The notes below the pieces were generated by a model, which worked only from the letters and a program-made list of their open reading frames with translations, was not told where the DNA came from and searched no databases. Both the position numbers and the translations under genes were made by a program. This document shows, one piece after another, positions 35,100 to 36,033 of a DNA stretch of 36,033 nucleotides (position 1 is the first letter of the stretch; every line of letters starts with the position of its first letter). Source of the stretch: a virus (Duplodnaviria > Caudoviricetes). The stretch spans positions 1 to 36,033 of the IMG/VR virus record IMGVR_UViG_3300049144_000053; one strand, given 5' to 3'.

Positions 35100-36033
35100 T
35101 GACGACAGCAGCCCCGGCCGGGCACACCAGCCCGGCCGCCGGCCGCCGCTCCCGCACCAAGCAGGAGCCGACCGGCACCGACCGCATCCCCAAGCCGAGC
35201 CAGGGCTGGTACCGCGTCAAGGGCACCGACCTCAAGCTCCGCCGCGTCACCACCATCCTCGAACAAGGCACGAGCAAGGGCGACGCCCTCACCTTCTGGG
35301 CCGGGAACATCACCGCCGAGACCGCGATGAACAACCTGCCCTACCTGGTCAGTTCGTCGCTCCGCCCCGAGCAGCGCACCGAGGCGTACGACTGGCTGCG
35401 CCGCGCCCACATCCGCAAGAAGGACGAACGCGCCGACATCGGCACCGCCGTCCACCGGCTCGTCGAAGCGCACGTGCTCGGCACGCCGATGCCCGAGGAA
35501 CTGCTCGCCGACGAGGAGTTGGCGCCGTTCCTCGACCACTTCCTCCGCTTCGCCGAGGAGTGGCAGGTCACCTTCGAGGCCTCCGAAATGGTCGTCGGCA
35601 ACGAGGACGAGGGCTACGCCGGCACGCTCGACTACCTGCTGTGCTCCCCGCTCATCGCCTCCGCGCTTGCCTCGTACTTCCAGACCGACGTCCCGGCCGA
35701 CGCCGTCTTCCTCGGCGACACGAAGACCGGCGGCGAGCTGGACCTCAAGGGCGTCTACCCGGAAGCCGCCCTACAGATGGCCGCGTACCGCAAGGCCCGG
35801 GTGGCGTGGCTGCGGGACGGCACGAAGATCCCGATGCCGTCCACGTTCTGGGCCGGGGTCGTCCTACACCTGCGGCCCGAGGGCTACCGGCTCATCCCGG
35901 CCGTCGCCGACGACGACGTGTACGCGGCCTTCCTGACCGTGAAGCGCAACGCCGAGTGGACCTCGGGCCTCTCGAAGACGGTCATCCGCCCCCCCCCCAC
36001 CCACCCCACCCCCAAACACGAAAAGAGGGGCGC
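35099..36033 (+). CDS. PD-(D/E)XK (Cas4/RecE-like) exonuclease, 3'-truncated
   Basis: RVTTIL, GTAVHRLVE, SE, YAGTLD, GDTKTG and LQMAAYR motifs; open to the window end, so absent from the ORF track. Confidence 0.85.
   Translation, partial: MTTAAPAGHTSPAAGRRSRTKQEPTGTDRIPKPSQGWYRVKGTDLKLRRVTTILEQGTSKGDALTFWAGNITAETAMNNLPYLVSSSLRPEQRTEAYDWLRRAHIRKKDERADIGTAVHRLVEAHVLGTPMPEELLADEELAPFLDHFLRFAEEWQVTFEASEMVVGNEDEGYAGTLDYLLCSPLIASALASYFQTDVPADAVFLGDTKTGGELDLKGVYPEAALQMAAYRKARVAWLRDGTKIPMPSTFWAGVVLHLRPEGYRLIPAVADDDVYAAFLTVKRNAEWTSGLSKTVIRPPPTHPTPKHEKRG

Larger units (their letters stand above)
1..36033. mobile_element. Temperate siphovirus genome segment (Streptomyces-type)
   Basis: Complete head, tail, lysis, integration and switch modules in canonical order; no host housekeeping genes seen. 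Confidence 0.93.

Noticed and set aside
35099-36033. Cas4-like nuclease as a sign of a CRISPR system
   Set aside because: No repeat-spacer array or other cas genes; a stand-alone phage recombination exonuclease in the early region is the simpler reading.
35988-36033. Poly-C / C-rich run at the window end
   Set aside because: Probably low-quality contig-end sequence; it breaks the codon pattern of the gene.
1-36033. tRNA genes, in-frame TTA (bldA) codons, DGR or invertible tail cassettes
   Set aside because: None recognised by eye: the TTA trinucleotides I checked were out of frame, and I saw no reverse transcriptase, invertase or duplicated tail segments. This was not an exhaustive scan.

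Overview
A roughly 36 kb piece of a high-GC temperate siphovirus of Streptomyces type. Gene order: a translationally coupled membrane-protein cluster and a lipoprotein; then TerS, TerL, portal, an elongated minor capsid (MuF-like) protein with a C-terminal HExxH domain plus a small partner gene, scaffold, major capsid, head-tail genes, major tail, a -1 frameshifted tail chaperone, tape measure and a very large multi-domain tail protein. Next come the lysis cassette, an accessory island (HAD phosphatase, XRE-TPR regulator, paired paralogues, small XRE), a candidate attP, a large serine integrase, the repressor/Cro switch and early genes ending in a PD-(D/E)XK exonuclease. Phage genes lie on both sides of the integrase and the attP candidate, so this looks like the non-integrated form. 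The most interesting signals are a plasmid-spread-like membrane module with a TraB-like winged-helix tail and clt-like repeats, a MuF-metallopeptidase with a candidate immunity gene, an NLTPH protein (possible ring nuclease) inside the lysis cassette, a LexA box among the repressor operators, and tandem CAGG-loop hairpins over the scaffold RBS. All family assignments come from motif recognition and synteny; no database searches were run.
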